Assembly (NCBI GenBank): GCA_965208125.1
Contig: OZ242320.1
Location: 2,176,001-2,240,000 of the forward strand
Reading direction: 5' to 3'
Source: Candidatus Latescibacterota bacterium
GTDB taxonomy: Bacteria > Latescibacterota > UBA2968
Length of the DNA: 64,000 nucleotides
Under the pieces are notes generated by a model. It saw only the letters and a program-made list of their open reading frames with translations, was not told where the DNA came from and did no database searches. Positions within the stretch are counted from its first letter, which is position 1, and the number at the start of each line of letters is the position of its first letter. A program made the translations under genes and the position numbers. This document shows positions 17,995 to 27,783 of this stretch, in pieces.

Positions 17995-19044
17995 ATGCTG
18001 GCAAAAGATGTCGAGATTGCATTGAAGAAAGGGCAGGTGATTCCCGCACATCCGCTGGCACTGACCGCAGAGCGGAAGCTGGACGCGCGGCGGCAACAGG
18101 CGTTGTCGCGCTATTATATTGCTGCTGGTGCGGGGGGATTGGCCGTGGGGGTGCATACGACACAATTTGAGATTCGCGATCCCAAATGGGATTTGTATCG
18201 GCCCGTTTTGGAACTGGCAGCGTGTGTGATAGATGCCGATGCACCGGCTGATTTTATCCGCGTGGCTGGTATTGTGGGCAATACGCGACAGGCGGTGTCA
18301 GAGGCAGAAATAGCGCGTGATTGCGGCTATGAGATCGGGTTGGTGAGCTTGCGCGCTTTTGCCAATGCGAGTGTCGATGCTATGGTTGCACACTGCCGCG
18401 CTGTAGCCGATGTGATTCCGGTGATGGGATTTTATCTGCAGCCGGCTGTGGGAGGATGTGTGTTGCCGTTTGATTTTTGGCGGCGTTTTGCAGAGATTGA
18501 GTCTGTGGTGGGGATTAAGATCGCGCCTTTTGATCGGTACCAGACGCTGGATGTGATTCGAGGGGTTGTGGCTGCGGGACGGGTAGAGGATATTGCGCTT
18601 TATACGGGGAATGACGACAATATTGTGATGGATTTGTTGACGACGCACCGGTTTGTGTGCGATGGCGCGTGTGTGGATGTGCGTATTGTGGGCGGGCTTT
18701 TGGGGCATTGGGCGGTGTGGACAAAGAAGGCGGTGGAAATTCTGAGGGCGTGTCACAAGAGCGCGCAGCTGGATGCTGTGCCGAGGGAGATGCTGACGCG
18801 GGCGATTGAGGTGACGGATTGCAATGCGGCGTTTTTTGATGTGCCCAATGCTTTTCACGGGTGTATTGCCGGCGTTCACGAGGTGTTGCGAAGGCAGGGG
18901 CTTCTCGAGGGTGTCTGGTGTCTAAATCCAGAAGAGGGTCTGTCGTCGGGACAAGCGGAGGAGATCGATCGCGTGTATGCTGCTTATCCGCATTTGAACG
19001 ATGACGATTTTGTGGCGGAGCATTTGGATGCGTGGTTGGGGTGA
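17995..19044 (+). CDS. dihydrodipicolinate synthase family protein (class I aldolase-like)
   Basis: GVHTTQF, GFYLQPAVGG, GIKIAPF (Schiff-base Lys), YTGNDD. Confidence 0.82.
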   Translation: MLAKDVEIALKKGQVIPAHPLALTAERKLDARRQQALSRYYIAAGAGGLAVGVHTTQFEIRDPKWDLYRPVLELAACVIDADAPADFIRVAGIVGNTRQAVSEAEIARDCGYEIGLVSLRAFANASVDAMVAHCRAVADVIPVMGFYLQPAVGGCVLPFDFWRRFAEIESVVGIKIAPFDRYQTLDVIRGVVAAGRVEDIALYTGNDDNIVMDLLTTHRFVCDGACVDVRIVGGLLGHWAVWTKKAVEILRACHKSAQLDAVPREMLTRAIEVTDCNAAFFDVPNAFHGCIAGVHEVLRRQGLLEGVWCLNPEEGLSSGQAEEIDRVYAAYPHLNDDDFVAEHLDAWLG

Positions 19045-19124
19045 GGTAAATTTTGTTGACTTGCAAGGTATCGCTGTGCATGTTGCTTTTGTTCACATTT
19101 TTAACTGATTGAAGGAGGTTTGTC

Positions 19125-20534
19125 GTGAAAATGCATATTGGTGGTCAATGGGTGGATAAGGCTGAGAAGATCAATGTGATCAATCCATTTGATAATTCGG
19201 TGGTGGATACGGTGCCCAAAGGCGATGCAGCAGATGCGGAGGTGGCGATTGCGACAGCCGTGCGCGGTGCCAAAGCGATGGCGGCTTTGACGGCTTATGA
19301 GCGGTATGAAATTTTGCATCGGGCTGTGAATTTGATGCGTGAACGGGTCGAGGATTTGGGGCGGACGATTACGCTGGAAGAGGGCAAGGTTCTGGCCGAG
19401 GGCATCGGCGAGGCCGGGCGGGCGATTGAGACGATGACGCTGTCTGCAGAGGAGGCCAAGCGGTTGTACGGCGAGACCATTCCGCTGGATGGCGGTTCGG
19501 GGGTGCGCGATCAGTTTGGTTTTACGTTGCGCGTGCCGTGTGGGGTGGTGCTGGCGATTACGCCGTTTAATTTTCCCCTGAATCTGGTGTGTCACAAGGT
19601 GGGCCCCGCGCTGGCTGCGGGCAATGCGGTGATTGTGAAGCCAGCGACAGATACGCCGCTTTCGGCGCTGAAGCTGGTGGAGATTCTGGTCGAGGCCGGT
19701 GTGCCTGCCGAGGCTGTGCAGTGTATTACGGGTCCGGGGAATGAATTGGGCCATGCGCTTTGTTCGGATAGCCGCGTGCGCAAGATCAGTTTTACGGGTA
19801 GCCGCGATGTGGGTGAAGAGATTTGCAATATGGCCGGGTTGAAGAAGGTGACGATGGAACTCGGGTCCAATGCGCCTTTGATTGTGATGCCGGATGCGGA
19901 TCTGGATCAGGTGGCGGCTGCGACGGCGACGACGGGTTTTGCCAATGCCGGGCAGGTGTGTATTTCAGCGCAGCGGGTGATTGTCAATGATGCGGTTTAC
20001 GGCGATTTTATCGATGCGTTGACGCCAAAGGTCGAGGCGCTGGCGACGGGCAATCCCATTGATGATGGCGTGATGATGGGTCCGATGGTACGGGAGCGCG
20101 ATGCCGAGCGCGTGCAGGCGTGGATTCAGGATGCGGTGGGTGCTGGTGCGCGTCTGGTGACGGGCGGCGAGCGCGATGGTGCGATTTATCAACCGACGAT
20201 TCTCGCCGATGTGGATCCGAGTATGAAAATTTCGTGCGATGAGTTGTTTGGACCCGCGGTGGGTATTACGCGGTTTGACGATATTGACGCTGCGATTGCT
20301 ATGGCCAATGATACGAATTACGGTTTGAGTGCGGCACTGTTTACAGAGAATATCCACTGGGCGATGCGGTTTGCACGAGAGGTGCATTCGGGCAATATTC
20401 ACGTCAACTGGGGTACGCAGTGGCGTGCGGATTTGATGCCCTACGGCGGGCTGAAGGATAGTGGGATGGGCAAGGAGGGTCCGAAGTACGCGGTGGAGGA
20501 GATGACGGAGACGAAGATGGTGGTGTTTCATTAA
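19125..20534 (+). CDS. aldehyde dehydrogenase
   Basis: TPFNFP, FTGS, ELGSN, GQVC, ELFGP, PYGG.K.SG; AAGGAGG RBS. Confidence 0.95.
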   Translation: MKMHIGGQWVDKAEKINVINPFDNSVVDTVPKGDAADAEVAIATAVRGAKAMAALTAYERYEILHRAVNLMRERVEDLGRTITLEEGKVLAEGIGEAGRAIETMTLSAEEAKRLYGETIPLDGGSGVRDQFGFTLRVPCGVVLAITPFNFPLNLVCHKVGPALAAGNAVIVKPATDTPLSALKLVEILVEAGVPAEAVQCITGPGNELGHALCSDSRVRKISFTGSRDVGEEICNMAGLKKVTMELGSNAPLIVMPDADLDQVAAATATTGFANAGQVCISAQRVIVNDAVYGDFIDALTPKVEALATGNPIDDGVMMGPMVRERDAERVQAWIQDAVGAGARLVTGGERDGAIYQPTILADVDPSMKISCDELFGPAVGITRFDDIDAAIAMANDTNYGLSAALFTENIHWAMRFAREVHSGNIHVNWGTQWRADLMPYGGLKDSGMGKEGPKYAVEEMTETKMVVFH

Positions 20535-20551
20535 GTTGTTTGTAAGATGCG

Positions 20552-20588
20552 AAAAAACGGCTCCTCAATCGAGGAGCCGTTTTTTTTT
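20552..20588. terminator. bidirectional intrinsic terminator
   Basis: aaaaaacggctcctc-aatc-gaggagccgtttttttt between convergent genes. Confidence 0.9.
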
Positions 20589-22128
20589 ACCAATTCTCTA
20601 CGGGTCCGGCATAAGGCGCGTGTTCGAATCGGCAGGGCGATTCGACGAGGCGCGGGTCGTTTTGTTCGCGCAGGGTTTGCATGAGTGCGGTGGAGAGTTC
20701 TTTGCGGATGGGATCGTATTCGGGGTCGTCGGCGATGTTGTTCAGGTAGTGCGGGTCAACGCGCAGGTTGTAGAGTTCTTCCTGGGGACGTTTGCCAAAG
20801 CCGATTTCGAATAGTTCCTGTATGTCTTGTTCTGCGCGGTGGAGGATCATATAGGATTTTGTGGGGCTGGCGTCCATGTCGGGATAGGCGATGAAGGTTT
20901 TCCCTGTCAGGTCTTCGGCAGAAGGGGCTTCTGCATGGAGGTCATCGAGTCCCTGGGGATCGCCCATGGGCCAGCGGTCGGGTGCAAAGTTGTGGATGTA
21001 GAGAAAGTCAGCCGTGCGGATGGCGCGTTGCGGATAGGGCAACTGGCCTTCTCTTGCGGTGCCAACGTGTCGTTCTCGTCCGGTGATGACAAAGGTGCGG
21101 TCGGGATCGATTAGGCCGCTCTGGTCGCTTTTGAGTACGGGGAGCAGGCTTTTGCCGGTCATGGTATTGGGGATGTCTGCGCCTGCGGCTTCGAGGAATG
21201 TGGGGGCGAGGTCCATGAGGTTGACAAAGTCTTCAACGGTGCGTCCCGCGGGGATGTTGTTGGGCCAGCGCGCGGCGAGGGTGACTTCGCAGCCGATGTC
21301 GTAGAGGTTGCATTTGCCGCGGGGAAAGCCCGGTATGCCGTGGTCGCCGCTGACGACGATGAGGGTGTTGTCGAGTTCGCCGATTTCTTCGAGGCGCTGG
21401 ATCAAGACGCCGAGGCCCGCGTCAACGGCCTGACATTCGCCCAGGTAGTCGGCTACGTCTTCGCGGATGTCGTGTACATCGGGTAGGAAGCCGGGTAAGC
21501 GGCCTTTGAGGTCGTCGGGCTCCAGACCCCATAAGGCTTTGCCAGAGCCGCGTTCCCAGGAGCGGTGGGTGTTGGTGGGTCCCCACCAGTAGCAGAAGGG
21601 GGTGTTCTCTGGACGGGCGTCGAGGAATGAATTGAAGTTGTCGCGGGTTTCGCTTAGCAGGGCTTGTTTGGCGCCTTCAACGCCCAGTTCATCGGCGTTT
21701 TTGGTTACCCAGTGGGAGAATCTCCGGTAGTTGTTGCCAGCGGATTCATAGCGGGTTCGGTCGGCGCCATAAGGGGCGTTGGCGGCTTTTCCGGGGGACC
21801 AGACTTTGTAGGTGTAGCCGATGTGGTATCCGGCTTTTTCGAGTTCGAGGGGGTAGGTGGGGATGCTTTCGTCCCATATTGCACCTTGTAAGATCGCGCC
21901 GAGGCCGGTTTGCCAGAAGTATTGTCCAGAGAGGATGGAACTTCGGCAGGGGGTACAACTCGGCGCGGGTACAAAGGCGTTGGTGAATAGTGCGCCTTCG
22001 CTGGCGATGCGGTCAAAGTTGGGGGTGTCGATGAGTTGATTGAGGGAGTTGGGGCCTTCTATGCGCTGATAAGCGCTGGCATAACGCCCCCAGTCGTCGG
22101 CAAAAGCAAAGAGGATGTTGGGTTGCAT
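20587..22128 (-). CDS. sulfatase (sulfamidase-like)
   Basis: PNILFAFADDW, CTPCR, GDHG.PGFPRGK, GRERH. Confidence 0.92.
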   Translation of the reverse strand: MQPNILFAFADDWGRYASAYQRIEGPNSLNQLIDTPNFDRIASEGALFTNAFVPAPSCTPCRSSILSGQYFWQTGLGAILQGAIWDESIPTYPLELEKAGYHIGYTYKVWSPGKAANAPYGADRTRYESAGNNYRRFSHWVTKNADELGVEGAKQALLSETRDNFNSFLDARPENTPFCYWWGPTNTHRSWERGSGKALWGLEPDDLKGRLPGFLPDVHDIREDVADYLGECQAVDAGLGVLIQRLEEIGELDNTLIVVSGDHGIPGFPRGKCNLYDIGCEVTLAARWPNNIPAGRTVEDFVNLMDLAPTFLEAAGADIPNTMTGKSLLPVLKSDQSGLIDPDRTFVITGRERHVGTAREGQLPYPQRAIRTADFLYIHNFAPDRWPMGDPQGLDDLHAEAPSAEDLTGKTFIAYPDMDASPTKSYMILHRAEQDIQELFEIGFGKRPQEELYNLRVDPHYLNNIADDPEYDPIRKELSTALMQTLREQNDPRLVESPCRFEHAPYAGPVENW

Positions 22129-22161
22129 GGGTTCTCCATTTTTGGTGTGGATGTTGAAAGC

Positions 22162-23511
22162 CTATTTCGGTGCCGTGTATTTGGCCGCGCCTTCGCCTGC
22201 GATGAGGCCATAGGCGAGGCCCATGCACAGGCCGCCCGTGTAGCCCCGGGTGTAGATGCCGCCACAGTCGGCTCCGGCCGCGTAGAGGCCCGGGATGGGC
22301 TGGTCGTTTTTGTCTATGACTTGTGCCTGGGCGTTGACTTTGGCACCGCCGTAGGTGAAGGTGATGCCGGGCAAGGTGCGGATGGCGTAATAGGGCGGTG
22401 TGTTGAGGGGGATGAGGCCGCCGGTTTTTGGTATTGAGAGGGTTTGGCCGTTGCCTGTGGCGCAGGCGGTGGCGTATTCGGCCATTGTTTTTTCAAAGGT
22501 GTGGGCGGGGATGTGCCAGAGGTTGTTCAGTGCGCGGGTGAGTTCGGGCAAGGAGGATGTTTCGATGACTTCGCCGCCTGCTTCGCGGATGTTTTTGACG
22601 CGGTCGTTGTCCGGGGTAGGCCACTGGGAGAGTGCGTTCTGGTTGTCGCGGATGTGCTGGTCAAAGATGAGGATGGCCGTGGCCCGGGGTTGTTGGACGA
22701 GGGTGTGGCAGGTGACTTCGTCGCCGAGATATTCGTCGTCGTATCGCTCGCCTTTGAGGTTGATTAAGATGGCGTATTCGCTGAAGTCGGGTTTGACTTT
22801 GAGGAAGTTGTGGAGGCCGACTCGTGCGGGGGGTGCGGGAAGGAGGTGGCCGTAGAAGCGGTTGAGGGGTCCTGTGGGTTGCGCGCCTGCTTCAAGTGCG
22901 CTTTGAAAGCCGCCGCCGGTGTTTTGGGGTACGCCGCGGACGATCATGTGATCGGATTCTGTGCCGAAATACTGCGCGCGCAATTCGGGGCTGGCCTGAT
23001 ATCCGCCGGTTGATAGGATGACGGATTGGGTTTTCAATTCTGAGTGTGTGGTTTTGATGCCTGTGATGGGTTTGCCGTTGCCGCCGATGAGGCCGGTCAG
23101 GCCGGTGTGTGTGAGGATGGTGCCGCCCCTGTGTTGGAACTGATAGCCGAGGATTTCCAGTGCGGTGCGGGCGTCGGGGGTGAACTGGTAGATGGTGCGT
23201 TGAAATTTGTACGGTTTGTCTTCGCGCGCTTGTAGGGATACGCCCTGTTTGCGAAGCCATTCGATGCCTGTGTAGAAGCGGTCGATGAGCGCGGTGCCGA
23301 GTGCTGTGTCACCATTGGGCTGCACTTTGAGCCATTCGTCGATGTTTTTTGCACACCAGATGGTGCCGCCCGATGCGGCTGCAGATCCGCCGATTGTTTC
23401 GGCTTTTTCGACGATGGCTACGGATGCGCCTTTTTCCCGAGCGCGCAACGCCGCACACAATCCACCTATGCCCGCGCCCGCTACTATGACGTCGTAATGG
23501 TCAGACATCAT
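22162..23511 (-). CDS. FAD-dependent oxidoreductase (fumarate reductase/TcuA/ketosteroid dehydrogenase flavoprotein family)
   Basis: GAGIGG..AA, GGS..SGG, TFTYGG, PGLYAAG; AGGAG RBS at MMSDHY. Confidence 0.88.
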   Translation of the reverse strand: MMSDHYDVIVAGAGIGGLCAALRAREKGASVAIVEKAETIGGSAAASGGTIWCAKNIDEWLKVQPNGDTALGTALIDRFYTGIEWLRKQGVSLQAREDKPYKFQRTIYQFTPDARTALEILGYQFQHRGGTILTHTGLTGLIGGNGKPITGIKTTHSELKTQSVILSTGGYQASPELRAQYFGTESDHMIVRGVPQNTGGGFQSALEAGAQPTGPLNRFYGHLLPAPPARVGLHNFLKVKPDFSEYAILINLKGERYDDEYLGDEVTCHTLVQQPRATAILIFDQHIRDNQNALSQWPTPDNDRVKNIREAGGEVIETSSLPELTRALNNLWHIPAHTFEKTMAEYATACATGNGQTLSIPKTGGLIPLNTPPYYAIRTLPGITFTYGGAKVNAQAQVIDKNDQPIPGLYAAGADCGGIYTRGYTGGLCMGLAYGLIAGEGAAKYTAPK

Positions 23512-23569
23512 ATTTCTCCTGTGAATATCGGGACGCATCCTAATACAGTTTGTTCCCGCTGTCAAGGTA

Positions 23570-23602
23570 AAGAGAAAAGGAGGTGAGATAATCACACCTC
23601 CT
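23570..23602 (-). terminator. intrinsic terminator-like hairpin
   Basis: aggaggtg..cacctcct followed by a T-rich tail on the minus strand. Confidence 0.6.
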
Positions 23603-23882
23603 CAGAGCGGTACATATCTTTCAACTGATCTCTCATTCATCGCTCAAAATGTACCCTCTCGCCTTTCATCTGTGCCCATCTGCGTCCATCTGCGGATTAA
23701 ATTCAGGTTGTAAACAAGGGCGCAATACAGCATATTTAAAGCAAAATGCGGTGTTTAGATGTCTGCCAATACAAATTCTCGCTCAATTCTGTGATAATTA
23801 CATTTTTGGCCTGATATTTGCTTTGTGTCTGAGTGTTGCGCGTGTCCCACGCACTTACCCCATCAGACACGAGGCATTTCAC

Positions 23883-24839
23883 ATGGCAGAATTTGATACG
23901 ATTTCTAAACACCTCATTCAGAAATATCCCCACGACTTTGCCGGCTTCACCCTCGGGAGCGAGGACATTGAAGTTCTTGCTGTCATTGACACAGAGCAAT
24001 ACACTGTTGAAGCACGCCAAACCGATAGCCTGATTCGCGTGCGTATGGGTGACGAGGAGGTATTGGTCCACAACGAGTTTCAAACCACCGACAGCACCAA
24101 TCCGCCTATGCCTCGCCGCATGGCAGGCTATATTGGACATGCGATTCGGCAATACGGCCTGCCGATTTATTCCAATGTGATCTACCTGCGTCCCAATGCT
24201 GGGCAGCACGATACCGGGTACTATGTCCAGGCGCACCTCGACTACGAAATCACGATTCGGTATCGCGTGATCAGACTGATTGAGATAGAAGGCGAGCGCG
24301 TCCTCGAATCGGGGCAATCGGGTCTGATCCCATTCACGCCATTGATGAAGCCGCCTGAAGGAATGGCCTCAGATGCGTGGTTGCATCAGTGTATTCACAC
24401 GGCTCGGACGCGTTCCATAGATCGGTCATATAGGGCGGATTATCTGGCTGGCATGGTGGCGTTGAGCGAGTTGGTATATGCGTCTGAAACGATTTCTGAT
24501 ATTATTTTTAAGGAGGGCATCATGGACATCTTGCGCGAATCATCTCTTTTTCAATCCCTTACCCAACAAAGCAGAGAGGAAGCCAGAGAGGAAGGTTTTG
24601 AGCAGGGCAGAGAGGAGGGTGTTGAGCAAGGCATTGAGCAAGGCATTGAGCAAGGCGAAAGAAGAAGTACGATTGAAGCTATCCTCGATGTGTTGGAGAT
24701 TCGATTTGACATGAGCGAAGCGCACCCCCTATCCACTCGCATTGCGGCTATCGAAGATTTGCACCGTCTCAAGCAGGTGCTCCGTGCGGCGATACAGGTG
24801 CCCAATCTCGAAGCATTTCAGCGCGTGTTAGATGCGTGA
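23883..24839 (+). CDS. Rpn/YhgA-like PD-(D/E)XK family protein
   Basis: FD..SK.L...P, RQTDSL, HNEFQT, MPRRM..Y, EEGR/EQGI repeats. Start moved to MAEFD. Confidence 0.8.
   Translation: MAEFDTISKHLIQKYPHDFAGFTLGSEDIEVLAVIDTEQYTVEARQTDSLIRVRMGDEEVLVHNEFQTTDSTNPPMPRRMAGYIGHAIRQYGLPIYSNVIYLRPNAGQHDTGYYVQAHLDYEITIRYRVIRLIEIEGERVLESGQSGLIPFTPLMKPPEGMASDAWLHQCIHTARTRSIDRSYRADYLAGMVALSELVYASETISDIIFKEGIMDILRESSLFQSLTQQSREEAREEGFEQGREEGVEQGIEQGIEQGERRSTIEAILDVLEIRFDMSEAHPLSTRIAAIEDLHRLKQVLRAAIQVPNLEAFQRVLDA
24522..24839 (+). CDS. putative nested in-frame small Rpn protein (RpnS-like, 105 aa)
   Basis: AAGGAGG 5 nt upstream of an in-frame ATG that precedes the repeat region. Confidence 0.55.
   Translation: MDILRESSLFQSLTQQSREEAREEGFEQGREEGVEQGIEQGIEQGERRSTIEAILDVLEIRFDMSEAHPLSTRIAAIEDLHRLKQVLRAAIQVPNLEAFQRVLDA
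24590..24656 (+). repeat. 12-bp tandem repeat (EQGI)
   Basis: ttgagcaaggca repeated about 3 times plus degenerate units. Confidence 0.85.
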
Positions 24840-25215
24840 GGTGATTTCCATAAGCCTGACGAGATACAGGACATTGCGTAAGGAGACGCAAAGAGAAAGC
24901 CGCTTCTACAGGCAGCTTATTGCTCAAGCCGCGGACCGTTTCGATGACCATTTGAGGAGAAGGATTTAGATCGATCAGATAAAGATATTCTTAAACATTG
25001 TATTTCTCCTTTGCGTGTCAGGGGTTCAGAAACCGAGGGAGGTACCGCCGGGTTTTTGACGGCATTCTTCGGCGAGGGCGTGCGCTATGCGTTCTGGGTC
25101 ATTCAGGAAGCCCAGTATCTCTATTTTTTTCAAAAAAAAAGAGACGCATTGTAAGGAATACGTCTCAAAGATAAATAAGTGGTATGACAGGGTATGTCGC
25201 AGATGGTCAGATTTT

Positions 25216-25754
25216 TTAGTATAAAGTCAAATTTTTTTCGAGTTCCTCAACTATTGCTTCGCGCAGGGACGCTGGTTCGAGGACTTCTGCATCTGCGCCA
25301 TGGCTCAGTATCTAGGATTTTATTTCGTAAAAACCACCCGCTCGAAAAGAGAGGATGATTTCGCCGTTGTCCTGTTCTTCGATTTCTTGTGAGGGGTGCC
25401 AGATCCGCTGTTTGATGTAGCGGGCTTGCCATGCGGAGAAGCGGATTTTGACGTCTATGGGGTGTTCGAGCGTGATGCCAAATGCCTGCTGGATGCGGTT
25501 TTCGATATCCAGATCATCGGGTGGCTCAAAGGTTTGGGATGTGATTTCAAGGTGCTGAATGCGTTCTGCCGCGAGTGTGAGTAAGTTGTCGTAATTTGGA
25601 TTGCGGCAGATCGGAGAACCTTGATATCCCTTTGTATGGTGCGCTCTGAAACGCCTGATTCGTCGGCGAGTTTTTGATAGGTTGCGCCAAAAGTCCAGGC
25701 GAGGAGTGTGCGGAGGATGTCCAGTTGTCGGATGATTTGTCTGGTGTCTGACAT
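25216..25754 (-). pseudogene. HTH-WYL-WCX transcriptional regulator pseudogene
   Basis: N-terminal HTH (LADESGVSERTIQRDI) joined out of frame to LLTLAAERI..FEPPDD..AFGI..RIWHPSQEI..EIKS*ILSHGADAEVLEPASLRE. Internal deletion plus a TAG stop. Confidence 0.88.
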
Positions 25755-25910
25755 AGCTATTTAGACCTGTAAGAGAGGCATCCCTGCCTCGACACGAGCA
25801 GTTAGCTGATCGCTACCTGTGAGCCGTTTATTCTGTGTTCATCTGTGTGAAACGCTCAAATTACTCGCGTTCTTCTGTGGTTGCATTTGACTTAATTCGC
25901 ATAAATTAAA

Positions 25911-25945
25911 AAAATGGGCTTACGCCAATCCGACGTAAGCCCTTG
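25911..25945 (-). terminator. tRNA terminator hairpin
   Basis: gggcttacg..cgtaagccc followed by a T-run on the minus strand. Confidence 0.75.
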
Positions 25946-25953
25946 TATTTTTA

Positions 25954-26040
25954 TGGTGCCGAAGGTGGGACTCGAACCCACACGGCCTTGCGGCCACTGG
26001 ATTTTGAGTCCAGCGCGTCTACCAGTTCCACCACTTCGGC
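25954..26040 (-). tRNA. tRNA-Leu(CAA)
   Basis: Cloverleaf gccgaag..cttcggc ACCA; anticodon arm ctgga-ctCAAaa-tccag; long variable arm; GTTCGAGT. Confidence 0.96.
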
Positions 26041-26086
26041 ACCTGAAGTCCTGTGGTCAAGAATATCCCAAACGCGGGATTGCGTG

Positions 26087-26656
26087 TCAAGGGTTTTTGA
26101 AGTGATCTGTTTCTGCGCGTGGCGGTCCGATGATTTCGTTGTAGATGATGGCTTTTCGGATGGTGTTGGGTTCAAAATCGAGTTTTATACGCCGTTTTTT
26201 GCGTTTGGGGCGCAGGAGTATTTGGGTTTCTGATGCGCGTATAAAAGAGGTCTGGCCTTCGATGTAAGACGATTTATCGGAGACCGGGCGCTTGCCTTCA
26301 ACTTCCTGGAATTCCGGTCCGGTGTCTTCTTCGGAGACCGGGCGCTTGCCATGTACTTCTTGAAATTCCGGTCCGGTGTCTTCTTCGGAGACCGGGCGTT
26401 TACCCTGCACTTCCTGAAATTCCGAAGGGGGTTTGGGTTCGGGTTTAGGTTCAGGTTCGGGAGGTCCGAAGAGTACTTCCCATTCAGAGAGGTCAAACTC
26501 CTCTTCAAAGGGGTCGTCGGCACCTACGTCGCGGGACGGATGCCTGCGCTGAAGTTTGGTTTCATCGGGTTCTCTGGCGCCTCGTAGTTTTTTTATGAGT
26601 GCCGAGACAAAGCTGAAGAGAAGGAAGAAGATTAGAGCAATTATTTCTATGTCCAT
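26087..26656 (-). CDS. membrane-anchored protein, positional YqfB analogue, with 18-aa repeats
   Basis: N-terminal TM; C-terminal IRKAIIYNEIIGPPRA; third gene after nfeD-floA. Confidence 0.75.
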   Translation of the reverse strand: MDIEIIALIFFLLFSFVSALIKKLRGAREPDETKLQRRHPSRDVGADDPFEEEFDLSEWEVLFGPPEPEPKPEPKPPSEFQEVQGKRPVSEEDTGPEFQEVHGKRPVSEEDTGPEFQEVEGKRPVSDKSSYIEGQTSFIRASETQILLRPKRKKRRIKLDFEPNTIRKAIIYNEIIGPPRAETDHFKNP

Positions 26657-26688
26657 AATGTCGAGCCGTTTGTTAAAGGGTTATGGTG

Positions 26689-26772
26689 CGGGCGACCACC
26701 GGGGGTCGCCCCTACAGTGGTTGTCTGGGTCGGTTTGTGTATCTTGTAGGGGACGGCCCCTGTGCCGTCCCG
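26689..26772. repeat. GTAG-type REP doublet
   Basis: cgggcgaccaccgggggtcgcccctac ... gtaggggacggcccctgtgccgtcccg. Confidence 0.85.
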
Positions 26773-26775
26773 GCT

Positions 26776-27756
26776 TTAATTATTATCTTCGTCTTCTTCG
26801 GTTTCACCAGCGATGCCTTCGCGCATTTGCGTGTCGGCTTCGATGTTGCGCATGCGGTAGTAGTCCATGATGCCCATGTTGCCACTGCGGAAGGCGTCGG
26901 CCATTGCAAGCGGGACTTCGGCTTCGGCTTCGACGACTCGGGCGCGCATTTCCTCAACTCGGGCGGCCATTTCTTGTTCTTGTGCAACGGCCATTGCTCT
27001 GCGTTCTTCGGCGCGCGCCTGTGCGATGTTTTTGTCGGCTTCGGCCTGGTCTGTCTGGAGTTTTGCACCGATGTTGTCGCCCACATCCACGTCGGCGATG
27101 TCGATGGAGAGGATTTCGTAGGCGGTGCCCGAGTCGAGGCCCTTGTCGAGTACGGTTTTGGAGATCATGTCGGGATTTTCGAGTACGTCTTTGTGGGTTT
27201 CCGAGGAGCCGATGGTGGTGACGATGCCTTCGCCTACGCGGGCCATGATGGTTTCTTCACCTGCACCGCCGACGAGGCGTTCTATGTTGGCGCGAACGGT
27301 GACGCGCGAGGTGGCTTTGACCTGTATGCCGTCTTTGGCTACGGCGGTGACCATGGGGGTGGAGATGACTTTGGGGTTGACGCTGACCTGTACGGCTTCG
27401 AGTACGTCGCGTCCGGCAAGGTCGATGGCGGCGGCGCGTTCGCCGGTCAGGCCAATGCCGGCTTTGTCTGCGGCGATGAGTGCGTTGACGACGTTTTCGA
27501 CATGACCCCCGGCGAGGAAGTGGGCTTCGAGAAATGCAGTGGGTATGTCGAGACCCGCTTTGGTTGCGTTGATTTGCGAGCCGAGGATGATGCGCGGGGG
27601 CACGCGACGCAAGCGCATGCCGATGAGTTCGATAATGCCGATGCGCACGCGCGCAGCAAGGGCAGAGATCCAGAGTCCGACGGGGATGAAGTAGAAAAAG
27701 AGGGAGAGTAGCAGAATGCCACCTACAACAAAGAGGAGGAGGATAATGGCGTCCAT
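26776..27756 (-). CDS. floA: flotillin-like protein FloA (YqfA)
   Basis: [45 protein letters not shown]. Confidence 0.93.
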   Translation of the reverse strand: MDAIILLLFVVGGILLLSLFFYFIPVGLWISALAARVRIGIIELIGMRLRRVPPRIILGSQINATKAGLDIPTAFLEAHFLAGGHVENVVNALIAADKAGIGLTGERAAAIDLAGRDVLEAVQVSVNPKVISTPMVTAVAKDGIQVKATSRVTVRANIERLVGGAGEETIMARVGEGIVTTIGSSETHKDVLENPDMISKTVLDKGLDSGTAYEILSIDIADVDVGDNIGAKLQTDQAEADKNIAQARAEERRAMAVAQEQEMAARVEEMRARVVEAEAEVPLAMADAFRSGNMGIMDYYRMRNIEADTQMREGIAGETEEDEDNN

Positions 27757-27783
27757 GAAAAGCTCCTTAAAAAGTGGTCGGTC

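Noticed and set aside
17380-23511. MocA, DHDPS-like, ALDH, sulfatase and flavoprotein genes as one catabolic pathway
   Set aside because: Separate promoters and convergent orientation; no substrate-level evidence links them.
25000-25130. Possible riboswitch in the leader behind the WYL pseudogene
   Set aside because: Small hairpins are present, but I recognise no family consensus; an Rfam/Infernal search would be needed.
23600-25950. Intact integrative element or prophage at tRNA-Leu
   Set aside because: No integrase, phage genes or duplicated tRNA 3' end were found.
26683-27711. 342-aa + strand ORF, and similar long antisense ORFs over serS, the LRR gene, the flippase and his genes
   Set aside because: Shadow frames opposite well-supported genes; no motifs or RBS.
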